This document shows positions 10,809-19,622 of a stretch of DNA of 64,000 nucleotides, one piece after another (position 1 is the stretch's first letter; each line of letters starts with the position of its first letter). The stretch lies in IMG/VR virus record IMGVR_UViG_3300017727_000002; one strand, given 5' to 3'. The position numbers and the translations under genes were made by a program. The notes beneath the pieces were generated by a model, which saw nothing but the letters and a program-made list of their open reading frames with translations, had not been told where the DNA came from and did no database searches. Source of the stretch: a virus.

Positions 10809-11420
10809 ATGGCATATCTCGGCAGAGAAATACAGTTTGGCAGTTATGAGAAGCAAACCTTTGCTACCAATGGGGCAGATACAAGTTTCACATTAAACTT
10901 CCCAGCACCTAGAGAAGAAGCACTTCTAGTAGTAAAAGATGGTGTGGTTCTAAAACCTGGAACTGGATATACTTTATCTAATGGTGGTGTTACAATTAAT
11001 ATTACAGGTGGAGCATTAGCATCTTCTGTAGATTTATATTGTGTATTCTTAGGAAAAGAACTTACCATACAAAATGTTGGTGACAATTCAGTCACCCATT
11101 CTAAACTTACTACACCTATACGACAGTCAGTAAAAACAGATTTTACTGTAATCAATAGTACTCAAACCCTTGTAGCTTCTAGGCATTATTTTGTTGACAC
11201 TACAGCAGGTGTTGTGACTGTCACCTTTCCTGCATCTCCATCTCTTGGAGATACTGTATATGTTTCTGATGCTTATGGGACTTGGGATACAAATAATTGT
11301 ACTGTAAATCCTAATAACAATTCTATTAATGGCTCATCAGGAAACGCAACGCTCTCATCAGAGTACGATTCAAAAGAATACATTTTTATTGGCGGAACAG
11401 CTGGTTGGCGAACTGTTTAA
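10809..11420 (+). CDS. Fibre-associated structural protein
   Basis: FATNGADTSFTL module and a C-terminal YFVDTTAGVVTVTFPASPSLGDTV...DAYGTWDTNNCTVNPN domain typical of phage fibre proteins. Confidence 0.65.
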   Translation: MAYLGREIQFGSYEKQTFATNGADTSFTLNFPAPREEALLVVKDGVVLKPGTGYTLSNGGVTINITGGALASSVDLYCVFLGKELTIQNVGDNSVTHSKLTTPIRQSVKTDFTVINSTQTLVASRHYFVDTTAGVVTVTFPASPSLGDTVYVSDAYGTWDTNNCTVNPNNNSINGSSGNATLSSEYDSKEYIFIGGTAGWRTV

Positions 11421-11424
11421 TTAA

Positions 11425-11431
11425 CTAAATA
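11425..11431 (+). promoter_or_regulatory. Late promoter (CTAAATA)
   Basis: Intergenic, 18 nt before the ATG at 11450. Confidence 0.6.
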
Positions 11432-11449
11432 GTCACTAAGGAGAACTTA

Positions 11450-11785
11450 ATGGCTGCAATTACAGATATATTCATTGACCAAGGAACTGACTTTACATTA
11501 CAACTAAGTGTTGTAGATACAGTTGGTACTGCTAAGAATTTAACTGGGGCAACTATTACAGCTCAAGCTAGGAAAGATTTCACTAGTGCAAATCCTACTG
11601 CTACATTTACTACTGCTGTGACTAACGCAATCGGTGGTGTATGTACTATAACTTTGCCAGCTGCAACTACTGCTGGCATAAAAGCAGGAAGATATGTTTA
11701 CGATGTGAATGTATTAGATTCAACTAACACTACAACTAGAGCAGTCGAAGGATTAATGACTGTAAGACCAGAGGTGACAAGATAA
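11450..11785 (+). CDS. Conserved marine-myophage structural protein (IDQGTDF motif; BppU-like beta-sandwich)
   Basis: IFIDQGTDFTLQL...AGRYVYDV...RAVEGLMTVRPEVTR pattern; SD AGGAG. Confidence 0.6.
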   Translation: MAAITDIFIDQGTDFTLQLSVVDTVGTAKNLTGATITAQARKDFTSANPTATFTTAVTNAIGGVCTITLPAATTAGIKAGRYVYDVNVLDSTNTTTRAVEGLMTVRPEVTR

Positions 11786-12084
11786 TGCCTGATGTAAAAA
11801 GTACGATAGCAACGCAAGAAGGAACTAATCCTACAGTTCCAAGTACAGGTACACAGACTACAACTACTATTACTACTGGTACAAGTCAATCGGCTACTGT
11901 ATCATCTGTAGGTGTTGCTGGAACAAGTGGTACTGCTGTAAATTTAGAGCAGGGTCAAAATGTAGATGCTACAACTGATGGTTTACAAAATGGATCTATC
12001 TTAGTATATAAAACAGCGACCTCCCAATGGCAGGTCACAAAATTAATGAACGAGGGTCAACAGCTCGATTCAGGAGAATTTTAA
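11785..12084 (+). CDS. Small Thr-rich structural protein
   Basis: Coupled to the previous gene (TAATG); C-terminal NGSILVY...QWQ...LDSGEF motif. Confidence 0.55.
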   Translation: MPDVKSTIATQEGTNPTVPSTGTQTTTTITTGTSQSATVSSVGVAGTSGTAVNLEQGQNVDATTDGLQNGSILVYKTATSQWQVTKLMNEGQQLDSGEF

Positions 12085-12096
12085 TAGGAGACAAAG

Positions 12097-13932
12097 ATGG
12101 CAGCAATTGTTAGAATAAAAAGATCGGCGACTTCGGGTAATCCCACCACACTTGGTGCAGGAGAACTCGCATATTCAGGTCTTACCGATAATGGATCCAA
12201 TGGTGGTGATAGACTATATGTTGGATTCGGTACAGAAACTGCAGGTAATGCAGCAAACCACTTCGTAATAGGTGGTAAATATTTTACAGATGAAGTAGAT
12301 GCAGCAACGACTGCTAATACAGCAAGTACGATTGTAAAACGAAATGGAAGTGGAAACTTCTCAGCAGGAACTATTACTGCTACACTAAGTGGTAATGCTA
12401 CATCAGCAACTTCTGCTGCAGCTTGGACTACTGGAAGAACTATAACTATCGATGGCGATGTAGATGGTTCTGCTTCAGGTGTTGATGGTTCAGGTGATGT
12501 TACAATTACTACTGCCTTAGATGCTACAGGAGTCTCCGCAGGATCTTATGGTAGTACAACTGCTATCCCAATTATTACTGTTGATGCTAAGGGTCGTATT
12601 ACTGCTGCAAGTACTGGCTCAATATCAACTTCATTTACACTAACTGATGGATCTAATTCAGAAACTATCGCAGGTGGCAACACATTAACTGTCACAGCTG
12701 GTGAAGGTATTGATGCAGTAGTTGGTTCAACTGATACTCTAACTATTTCAGCAGAAGATGCTACCTCTTCTAATAAAGGTATTGCTTCTTTCGGTGGAGA
12801 CTTTAGTGTATCAAGTGGTGCTGTATCACTAGCTAATAACTCAGTCACAATCGGATCTGACGCAGTAGCACTAGGTGGTTCAAGAACAGATATAAATGGA
12901 TTAACAAGTTTAGATGTAGATAATATGACATTAGATGCTAATGCTATTTCTACAACAGATACAAATGGAAATTTAGAACTATCGCCAAATGGTACTGGTA
13001 CTGTTGTTGTTCCAGCTTCATACGAAGCTAGAGCAGGTTTCTCAAGTCAATCGCTAGTAAATAAATCATATGTTGATTCGGTCACTTCAGGTTTATCAGT
13101 TAAGTCGCCTGTTAAAGTGGCTACTACTGGCAACCTTGCTGCAACTTATAATAATGGAGCAGGTACATTAACAGCAAACTCTAACTTCGCATTATCAGTT
13201 GATGGTGTCACAGTTTCAGTAAACGATAGAGTATTAGTTAAAGACCAAAGTACTGCTGCTCAAAATGGTTTTTATAAAGTCACAGCTACTGGTTCAGGAT
13301 CTGCTGCTTTCGTTTTAACCAGAACTCCTGACGCAGATGCTGCTTCAGAATTAGTTGCTGGTGCATTCGCTTTCGTTGAAGAAGGAACTGCTAACGCAGA
13401 TAATGGTTATGTACTATCAACTGATGGAGCTGTCACACTAGGTACGACTGCTATTAACTTTGAGCAGTTTTCAGGTGCTGGGCAAATTAGTGCTGGTGAT
13501 GGTTTAGCAAAAACAGGAAACTCATTATCTTTAAATGTAGATAATAGTTCAATAGAAATAAATGCTGATACTGCTAGAGTGAAAGCATTAGGTGTTACCA
13601 ATGCTATGTTAGCAGGAAGTATTACCAATGCAAAATTATCAAACTCAAGTGTCACAATTAATAGTAATTCGCTCGCATTAGGTGCTTCTTTAACACTAGA
13701 TTCAGACGACATAGGCGAAGGATCTACAAACGAATACTTTACTAATACCAGAGCAAGAGGTGCACTAAGTGTGACATCTTCAACTGGTTTAACATATAAT
13801 AATAGTACAGGTGTTCTAGCAGGTCTTGACGCAACAGCATCGGTGAAAGGTATAGCATCTTTCGCTTCAGCAAACTTTACAGTCACAAGTGGAGCAGTAG
13901 CAATAACTGGTGTTGATGGCGGAACATACTAA
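12097..13932 (+). CDS. Tail fibre protein with Mtd-like N-terminal motif (611 aa)
   Basis: IVRIKRSATSGNPTTLGAGELAYS N-terminus; KSPVKVATTGNL...DRVLVKDQSTAAQNGFY fibre module; ends DGGTY. Confidence 0.75.
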   Translation: MAAIVRIKRSATSGNPTTLGAGELAYSGLTDNGSNGGDRLYVGFGTETAGNAANHFVIGGKYFTDEVDAATTANTASTIVKRNGSGNFSAGTITATLSGNATSATSAAAWTTGRTITIDGDVDGSASGVDGSGDVTITTALDATGVSAGSYGSTTAIPIITVDAKGRITAASTGSISTSFTLTDGSNSETIAGGNTLTVTAGEGIDAVVGSTDTLTISAEDATSSNKGIASFGGDFSVSSGAVSLANNSVTIGSDAVALGGSRTDINGLTSLDVDNMTLDANAISTTDTNGNLELSPNGTGTVVVPASYEARAGFSSQSLVNKSYVDSVTSGLSVKSPVKVATTGNLAATYNNGAGTLTANSNFALSVDGVTVSVNDRVLVKDQSTAAQNGFYKVTATGSGSAAFVLTRTPDADAASELVAGAFAFVEEGTANADNGYVLSTDGAVTLGTTAINFEQFSGAGQISAGDGLAKTGNSLSLNVDNSSIEINADTARVKALGVTNAMLAGSITNAKLSNSSVTINSNSLALGASLTLDSDDIGEGSTNEYFTNTRARGALSVTSSTGLTYNNSTGVLAGLDATASVKGIASFASANFTVTSGAVAITGVDGGTY

Positions 13933-13934
13933 AA

Positions 13935-13960
13935 GTTATAAGAAATAGTTTTTTTATAAC
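13935..13960. repeat. Inverted repeat GTTATAA-N12-TTATAAC
   Basis: Intergenic palindrome between two fibre genes; identical arms and spacing at 29825-29850. Confidence 0.5.
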
Positions 13961-13982
13961 TAATTTAATTTAGGAATGGTTT

Positions 13983-16016
13983 ATGTCCACTGTAATAAAA
14001 GTAAAAAGATCTGAAGTCGCATCAAGTGTTCCAAGCACTTCTGATTTAGCTGTCGGCGAAATTGCAGTAAATACCCAAGATAAAAAGATTTATGTTCGTG
14101 CTTCAGGTGGTGTAGTAGAAGTTGCGAATGTTGTAGCAGGTGGTGCTTCAGGAGATATTACCGAAGTTCTTACTGCAACTGGTTCAGGTTTAACAGGTGG
14201 CTCTACTTCTGGTTCAGCAAATCTAGCAATTAATGTAGACGATTCTTCTCTACAAATATCAGGAAATACAGTACAAGTAAAAGCAAGTGGTGTCACGAAT
14301 GCCATGCTTGCTAATTCAGGTGTGACTATAAACTCACAGTCATTATCATTAGGTGGTACACTAACATTAGACTCAGATAATATTGGTGAAGGATCTACTA
14401 ATCTTTACTACTCTAATGAACGAGTTGATGATAGAATATCAGCTCTAGTTCAAAATGGTACAGGTCTTTCTTGGACTTACGATGACAACGCAAACTCATT
14501 TACACCTGCTGTCACACTTTCGCCTTTTGATACTTATAATTTATCAGAAGGATCTACCAACAAATACTTTAGCAATACATTAGCAAATAGTGCAATAGAT
14601 GCACGAGTCACAAAAACTTTTGTTGATAATTTAAATGTAGTTGCTGCAAGTGCTACAGGTAATGCTGCCACTGCTACAGCTTTGGCTAGTGCTCAAAATT
14701 TTAGTTTGACTGGAGATGTCACTGCTTCAGCAGTTTCATTTGATGGTCAGGGTGCAGTTCAACTTACTACCGATATTGCTGCCAACTCTATTACTCCTAC
14801 TGAATTAAATGTCACAGATGCTGCAGGTGCATTACAATCTGATGGAGCAGGAAACTTATCATTCGCTCCAGCTACTGCATCATTTTCTGCGATAGGAGAA
14901 CATGTATTACCATCAGTTGATGATACTTACGATCTAGGATCCTCTACTAAAAAATGGAGAAACTTATATGTTGGTGGCGATACTATATTCCTAGACGACG
15001 CTAAAATTATGAAACAGGGTTCATCATTAATGATGAATCCAGGAGTATCTAACTCTATATCGTCAGTCACAGTAAATAACGATGGTGCTGGTTATTTAGA
15101 ACAACCAAACTTGTCATTCCCATTACCAAACACTTCAGGTGTAGATGTTGTCACTATGACTAATGCTGGTGGTGGATATACTGGTCCACCAGCAGTCACG
15201 ATAGATGCACCAAGTACGACTCCTGGAGTTCAAGCAACAGGAACAGCTGTAATGGTTGATGATGGCACTGGAAATAATACATTCGCTGTAAGTGGTGTTA
15301 CAATTAATAATGGTGGGTCAGGTTATCCGACTGCACCAAATATCACGATTGCTGCAACACCGAATGCTGGAGGAGGTGCTGTTCAGGCAACTGCTAATAC
15401 TACAGTTTCGCCAGCAACTAATGGTGGAAGTATAGCAGGAGCGTATGCTACTATTGATGTAAATACTGGAAAAGTATTAACTGTGGTAATAACCGATGCT
15501 GGTGGGGGATATACAACTGTTCCTACTATAACTGTAGATAGTCCAAATAAAGATATTACATTTAATACAACTGTATATAATGATTATAGTACAGGAAATA
15601 ATTACTACACATTATCAGGTGGCATAAACCAACAATTGGATATTATACAAGGTCAAACTTATACCTTTGACTTATCATCAGCTACACACTCTGGGCACTT
15701 ATTTGCTTTGAGTTCAACTCAAGATGGTATTCATGGTGGTGGTACAAAATTAACATCAGGTGTGACTTATACTGGTACACAAGGCACGACAGGTGCTAAA
15801 ATGGTACTGGTGGTAGATGCTAACACACCGACTACACTATACCCTTATTGTGAAACACACTCTGGTATGGGTGGTACAGCATCATTAACAAAGATTTCTA
15901 GTGGTACGACTGCTGTTTTAACTCCTGTTCTAAGTAGTTATAACTCAGCATTAGACAAGAAATTTGCTATGGAACCATTTTCAATAGCAATGTCTATCGC
16001 ACTAGGGGGATCATAA
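13983..16016 (+). CDS. Tail fibre protein with Mtd-like N-terminus, cupredoxin-like domain and SIALGGS C-terminus (677 aa)
   Basis: VIKVKRSEVASSVPSTSDLAVGEIAVN N-terminus; EGSTNLYY repeats; GxGYxxxP repeats; H...CETHSGM motif. Confidence 0.75.
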   Translation: MSTVIKVKRSEVASSVPSTSDLAVGEIAVNTQDKKIYVRASGGVVEVANVVAGGASGDITEVLTATGSGLTGGSTSGSANLAINVDDSSLQISGNTVQVKASGVTNAMLANSGVTINSQSLSLGGTLTLDSDNIGEGSTNLYYSNERVDDRISALVQNGTGLSWTYDDNANSFTPAVTLSPFDTYNLSEGSTNKYFSNTLANSAIDARVTKTFVDNLNVVAASATGNAATATALASAQNFSLTGDVTASAVSFDGQGAVQLTTDIAANSITPTELNVTDAAGALQSDGAGNLSFAPATASFSAIGEHVLPSVDDTYDLGSSTKKWRNLYVGGDTIFLDDAKIMKQGSSLMMNPGVSNSISSVTVNNDGAGYLEQPNLSFPLPNTSGVDVVTMTNAGGGYTGPPAVTIDAPSTTPGVQATGTAVMVDDGTGNNTFAVSGVTINNGGSGYPTAPNITIAATPNAGGGAVQATANTTVSPATNGGSIAGAYATIDVNTGKVLTVVITDAGGGYTTVPTITVDSPNKDITFNTTVYNDYSTGNNYYTLSGGINQQLDIIQGQTYTFDLSSATHSGHLFALSSTQDGIHGGGTKLTSGVTYTGTQGTTGAKMVLVVDANTPTTLYPYCETHSGMGGTASLTKISSGTTAVLTPVLSSYNSALDKKFAMEPFSIAMSIALGGS

Positions 16017-16020
16017 GGAA

Positions 16021-16027
16021 CTAAATA
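16021..16027 (+). promoter_or_regulatory. Late promoter (CTAAATA) for gp13
   Basis: Ends 5 nt before the gp13 ATG. Confidence 0.65.
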
Positions 16028-16032
16028 GTACT

Positions 16033-17004
16033 ATGGCAAATCCAGCAACAAGAGACCAATTAAAAGATTACGCATTGCGAAGTCTAGGATCGCCAGTGAT
16101 TGAAATAAATGTAGCTGACGAACAGTTAGAAGATCGCTTAGACGAAGCGATAGAATATTTTAATATTAATCATTGGAATGGTACTGAACGAGCATATTTC
16201 CAACATGTAATAGTTGGCACCAAACTAACACTTACTGCTGCTGTCGCAGGAAATTTTACTGGAGGGGAAACTATTACTGGTGGAACCACAGGTGCTAAAG
16301 CAGTTGTACATAAAAGTTCAACTGGTTCTGATATATTCTATCAAGTATTAATTAATCCTGGACCAGACCAAGTAAAATTTCAGGGTGGCGAAACTATTAC
16401 TGGTGACCAATCTGGTGCTACAGCAATTATATCAACTATTACTAGAGGAGACTGCGAAAATGGATTTATTCCAGTCACTGATGAGATATTTGGTGTAAAT
16501 AAAGTTTTTACAGTTTTTTCTAATACTACAGATTCTAGAAATATATTCGACTTACAATATCAATTAAGATTAAATGATTTATACGACTTGACCTCTACAA
16601 GTATTGTTTACTACACTACTGTTATGGGTCATTTAAGTTTACTTGATTTAATGTTAAATGGTAAAACTTTGTATCGTTTTAACAGAATGCAAAATAAACT
16701 ATTTCTAGATGTTGACTTCCGAAGCGATGTAAAAATCGGAGACTCTGTGATGGTCGATGTTTATAAAGCATTAAGTGGTACAGAATATCCAAAAGTATTT
16801 GGCGAACCATGGTTGAAAAAATATACTGCTGCTCTGTTTAAGAAACAGTGGGGACTTAATCTTAAAAAGTTTTCGGGACTAGTTTTACCTGGAGGTGTTT
16901 CAATGGATGGCGATGGTATATATAACGAAGCCATGAACGAACTACAACAACTAGAAGACGAACTCATAGGAAAAGGTGCACCACTAGAGTTCTTTACAGG
17001 GTAA
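16033..17004 (+). CDS. 13: Neck protein gp13
   Basis: LRSLGSPVIEINVADEQLEDRLDEAIEYF and WLKKYTAALFKKQWGLNLKKF...LPGGV motifs; synteny. Confidence 0.92.
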   Translation: MANPATRDQLKDYALRSLGSPVIEINVADEQLEDRLDEAIEYFNINHWNGTERAYFQHVIVGTKLTLTAAVAGNFTGGETITGGTTGAKAVVHKSSTGSDIFYQVLINPGPDQVKFQGGETITGDQSGATAIISTITRGDCENGFIPVTDEIFGVNKVFTVFSNTTDSRNIFDLQYQLRLNDLYDLTSTSIVYYTTVMGHLSLLDLMLNGKTLYRFNRMQNKLFLDVDFRSDVKIGDSVMVDVYKALSGTEYPKVFGEPWLKKYTAALFKKQWGLNLKKFSGLVLPGGVSMDGDGIYNEAMNELQQLEDELIGKGAPLEFFTG

Positions 17005-17007
17005 TAA

Positions 17008-17937
17008 ATGGCTGGAAGAAATACTTACATATCTCAAGGAGTAGCGTCTGAACAGAATTTAATAGAGTCTTTAATTATTGAGTCTTTAAAAATTTATGGT
17101 CAGAATGTTTTCTATATCCCTAGAACTCAAGTAGCTAAAGATGAAATCTTAGGCGAAGATCCATTATCTAAATTTGAGCAAGCATTTCCTATCGAAATGT
17201 ATTTCGAGAATGTAGATAACTTAGGTGGGCAAGGTCCATTTATACAAAAGTTTGGATTGTTTAATGAGATGTCTGCTACTCTAGTTGTAGCAAGATCTAG
17301 GTGGCAAGAATTAGTTGGGCAACATGGTAATACCTTTGTGCCTAATAGACCGAACGAAGGAGACTTAATTTATTTTCCATTAACTAAAGGATTATTTGAA
17401 ATTAAATTCGTACAACACCAAGACCCCTTTTATCAACTAGGAAAATTATATACATTTAAAATGGAAGTCGAGTTATTTCAATATGCTTCTGAGAAAATTG
17501 ATACAGGTGTTGCCGATATTGATAAGTTTGAAGAACTTAAAACTTTCTCACAAGATCCTACAAGGTCAGAGAATATGTTTGTTGATACAATAACATTTAC
17601 TAATGTCGGTGCAGGTTATACTACTCCGCCAACTCTAACTTTCTCAGGTGGTACTCCTAGTGTCATTGCTACTGCTACTTGTACTGTTGATGGAACTACA
17701 GGTAAAGTAAATGGTGTCACTCTTACTAATGTGGGGGATGGTTATAATGCTGTTCCTACAATCGATGTTTCTGCTCCACCAGCAGGTGGTACTCAAGCTG
17801 TCGCAGTTGCTACTATTAAATTAAATGTAGATAAACAAGGTGGCTTCGCTGATAACTTAGAACTAGAAACTGAAAGACAACCTGACACTAACGAAAAAGT
17901 TGCGTGGTCAGAAAATAATCCGTTTGGAGAATTTTAA
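17008..17937 (+). CDS. 14: Neck protein gp14
   Basis: ESLKIYGQNVFYIPR, PNEGDLIYFP, FYQLGK motifs; ends NPFGEF. Confidence 0.92.
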   Translation: MAGRNTYISQGVASEQNLIESLIIESLKIYGQNVFYIPRTQVAKDEILGEDPLSKFEQAFPIEMYFENVDNLGGQGPFIQKFGLFNEMSATLVVARSRWQELVGQHGNTFVPNRPNEGDLIYFPLTKGLFEIKFVQHQDPFYQLGKLYTFKMEVELFQYASEKIDTGVADIDKFEELKTFSQDPTRSENMFVDTITFTNVGAGYTTPPTLTFSGGTPSVIATATCTVDGTTGKVNGVTLTNVGDGYNAVPTIDVSAPPAGGTQAVAVATIKLNVDKQGGFADNLELETERQPDTNEKVAWSENNPFGEF

Positions 17938-18689
17938 TGCTCGGAAAACCACCATTCTATCATCAAACTGTGAGAAACTGTATCATTGGTTTCGGCAAGA
18001 TGTTTTCAGATGTAGAGTTTGAAAGATTCGATAATGCTGGCACAGCACAACAAAAAATATTAGTACCAATCGCTTATGGTCCAAAAGAAAAATGGGTACA
18101 AAGATTAGAGCAAGATCCTAGTTTAGAAGAACAAGTATATACTACTCTTCCTCGTATGTCGTTTGAAATGGCTGCAATATCTTATGACCCACTTAGAAAA
18201 ACTAATCGTATGGGTACTCTTAAGATAAATAGGACTTCTGCTGCAGGTGGTTCAGGTAAAAGGGAAAAACTATTTGCCCCAGTACCATTTAACTTGGATA
18301 TGCAATTAAACTGTCTTACAAAGACTACAGAAGATGGATTACAAATAGTTGAGCAAATACTACCATTTTTTACACCTGAATTTACTATGAAAATTAAAAA
18401 TACCGATCCAAAATTAGAAACAGAAACAGATGTCCCAATAATACTAAATAGTACTAGCTTCGTAGATGATTACGATGGAACTTTCGAAATAAGAAGGTTC
18501 GTGACTTGGACATTTAACTTTACTTTAAAAATATTATTATTTGGTGGAGTTGATGACACAGGTAATGTAATTACATCTACATTCGTAGATTTAGGCAACC
18601 CAGATGAACAACATAAAGCTACTGGCGACCTAAATAATTTACAAGTGACTGACTTGGGTTGGAATGAAACTCAAAAAACAGATTTATAG
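17937..18689 (+). CDS. 15: Tail terminator / sheath stabiliser gp15
   Basis: FYHQTVR...IGFGKMF, VPIAYGPKEKW, TLPRMSFE, PFFTPEF motifs. Confidence 0.92.
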   Translation: MLGKPPFYHQTVRNCIIGFGKMFSDVEFERFDNAGTAQQKILVPIAYGPKEKWVQRLEQDPSLEEQVYTTLPRMSFEMAAISYDPLRKTNRMGTLKINRTSAAGGSGKREKLFAPVPFNLDMQLNCLTKTTEDGLQIVEQILPFFTPEFTMKIKNTDPKLETETDVPIILNSTSFVDDYDGTFEIRRFVTWTFNFTLKILLFGGVDDTGNVITSTFVDLGNPDEQHKATGDLNNLQVTDLGWNETQKTDL

Positions 18690-18701
18690 GAGAAATTATA
18701 A

Positions 18702-19601
18702 ATGGCAAAACAAGATTTAAATATTGGTTCTCTAGCCAATGACGGAACAGGGGATACCCTTAGAGATGGTGGAGATAAAATTAAAGATAACTTTAATGAG
18801 TTATACACAGCTCTTGGTGGAAGCACTGTTCAGATTGCCATTCCAGCATCTGGTATTACTAATGGTCAGGTTCTAAAATACAGCTCAAGCAATTCTGCAT
18901 TTGAGCCTGGAGCCGATACTAATGTAAACACTACTTATAGTGTATCAGCAGAAACTTCTGGTACTGATGCTTCAATTAGATTAACTGGTTCAGACGCAAG
19001 TACTGATAATGTAAATATCGTATCTGGTACTGGTATTAATATTGATAGAACTGATGCCAACAATATTACTGTAAACAATACAGTCACGAATACTACTTAC
19101 GCAACCTCTATAGAATCTGTCACTGCTGGTTCTAAAGAATTAAGACTAGCTGGTTCAAACTCAGTAAATGATGACATTACTATTACTCAAGGAGATGGTA
19201 TTGAGCTAACAAGTTCTTCTACTTCTCAACTAGGTATTAAAGCAGTATCATTACAACAGTTTGACTTTACAGCTGGTGATGGTACTAACTATACAGTACA
19301 AGGTTCAGGTCTTTTATCTGCTGGCGAAAACGATCCGCAGTTATTTGTATATAGAGGACATACTTATCGTTTCAGACATACGATTGCTGGAAACGCACAC
19401 CCACTTGACATCGTAGAGTTCGGTACATCTACTGCACCTGCTGCTGATTATATCAGCTCAACTAACGCAACTAGAAACCTTGCTACCACTAACGACATTA
19501 TTACATTCACTATCCCAATGAATGCTGCAACAGGAAATACATACCAATATAGATGTACTGCTCACCCAAGCAACATGCTTGGTACTATTACTGTTGTTTA
19601 A
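18702..19601 (+). CDS. Fibre-like protein with gp9/gp10-type N-terminus and C-terminal cupredoxin-like domain
   Basis: MAKQDLNIGSLANDGTGDTLRDGGDKIKDNFNELY is the baseplate gp9/10-like N-terminal motif; C-terminus has AHPL...YRCTAHPSNMLGTITVV. Confidence 0.7.
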   Translation: MAKQDLNIGSLANDGTGDTLRDGGDKIKDNFNELYTALGGSTVQIAIPASGITNGQVLKYSSSNSAFEPGADTNVNTTYSVSAETSGTDASIRLTGSDASTDNVNIVSGTGINIDRTDANNITVNNTVTNTTYATSIESVTAGSKELRLAGSNSVNDDITITQGDGIELTSSSTSQLGIKAVSLQQFDFTAGDGTNYTVQGSGLLSAGENDPQLFVYRGHTYRFRHTIAGNAHPLDIVEFGTSTAPAADYISSTNATRNLATTNDIITFTIPMNAATGNTYQYRCTAHPSNMLGTITVV

Positions 19602-19622
19602 TAATCTCCGCAAGGAGGACTA

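Noticed and set aside
12097-16016. Mtd-like fibre N-termini suggesting a diversity-generating retroelement
   Set aside because: No reverse transcriptase and no near-identical template/variable repeat pair differing at adenines is visible in the window.
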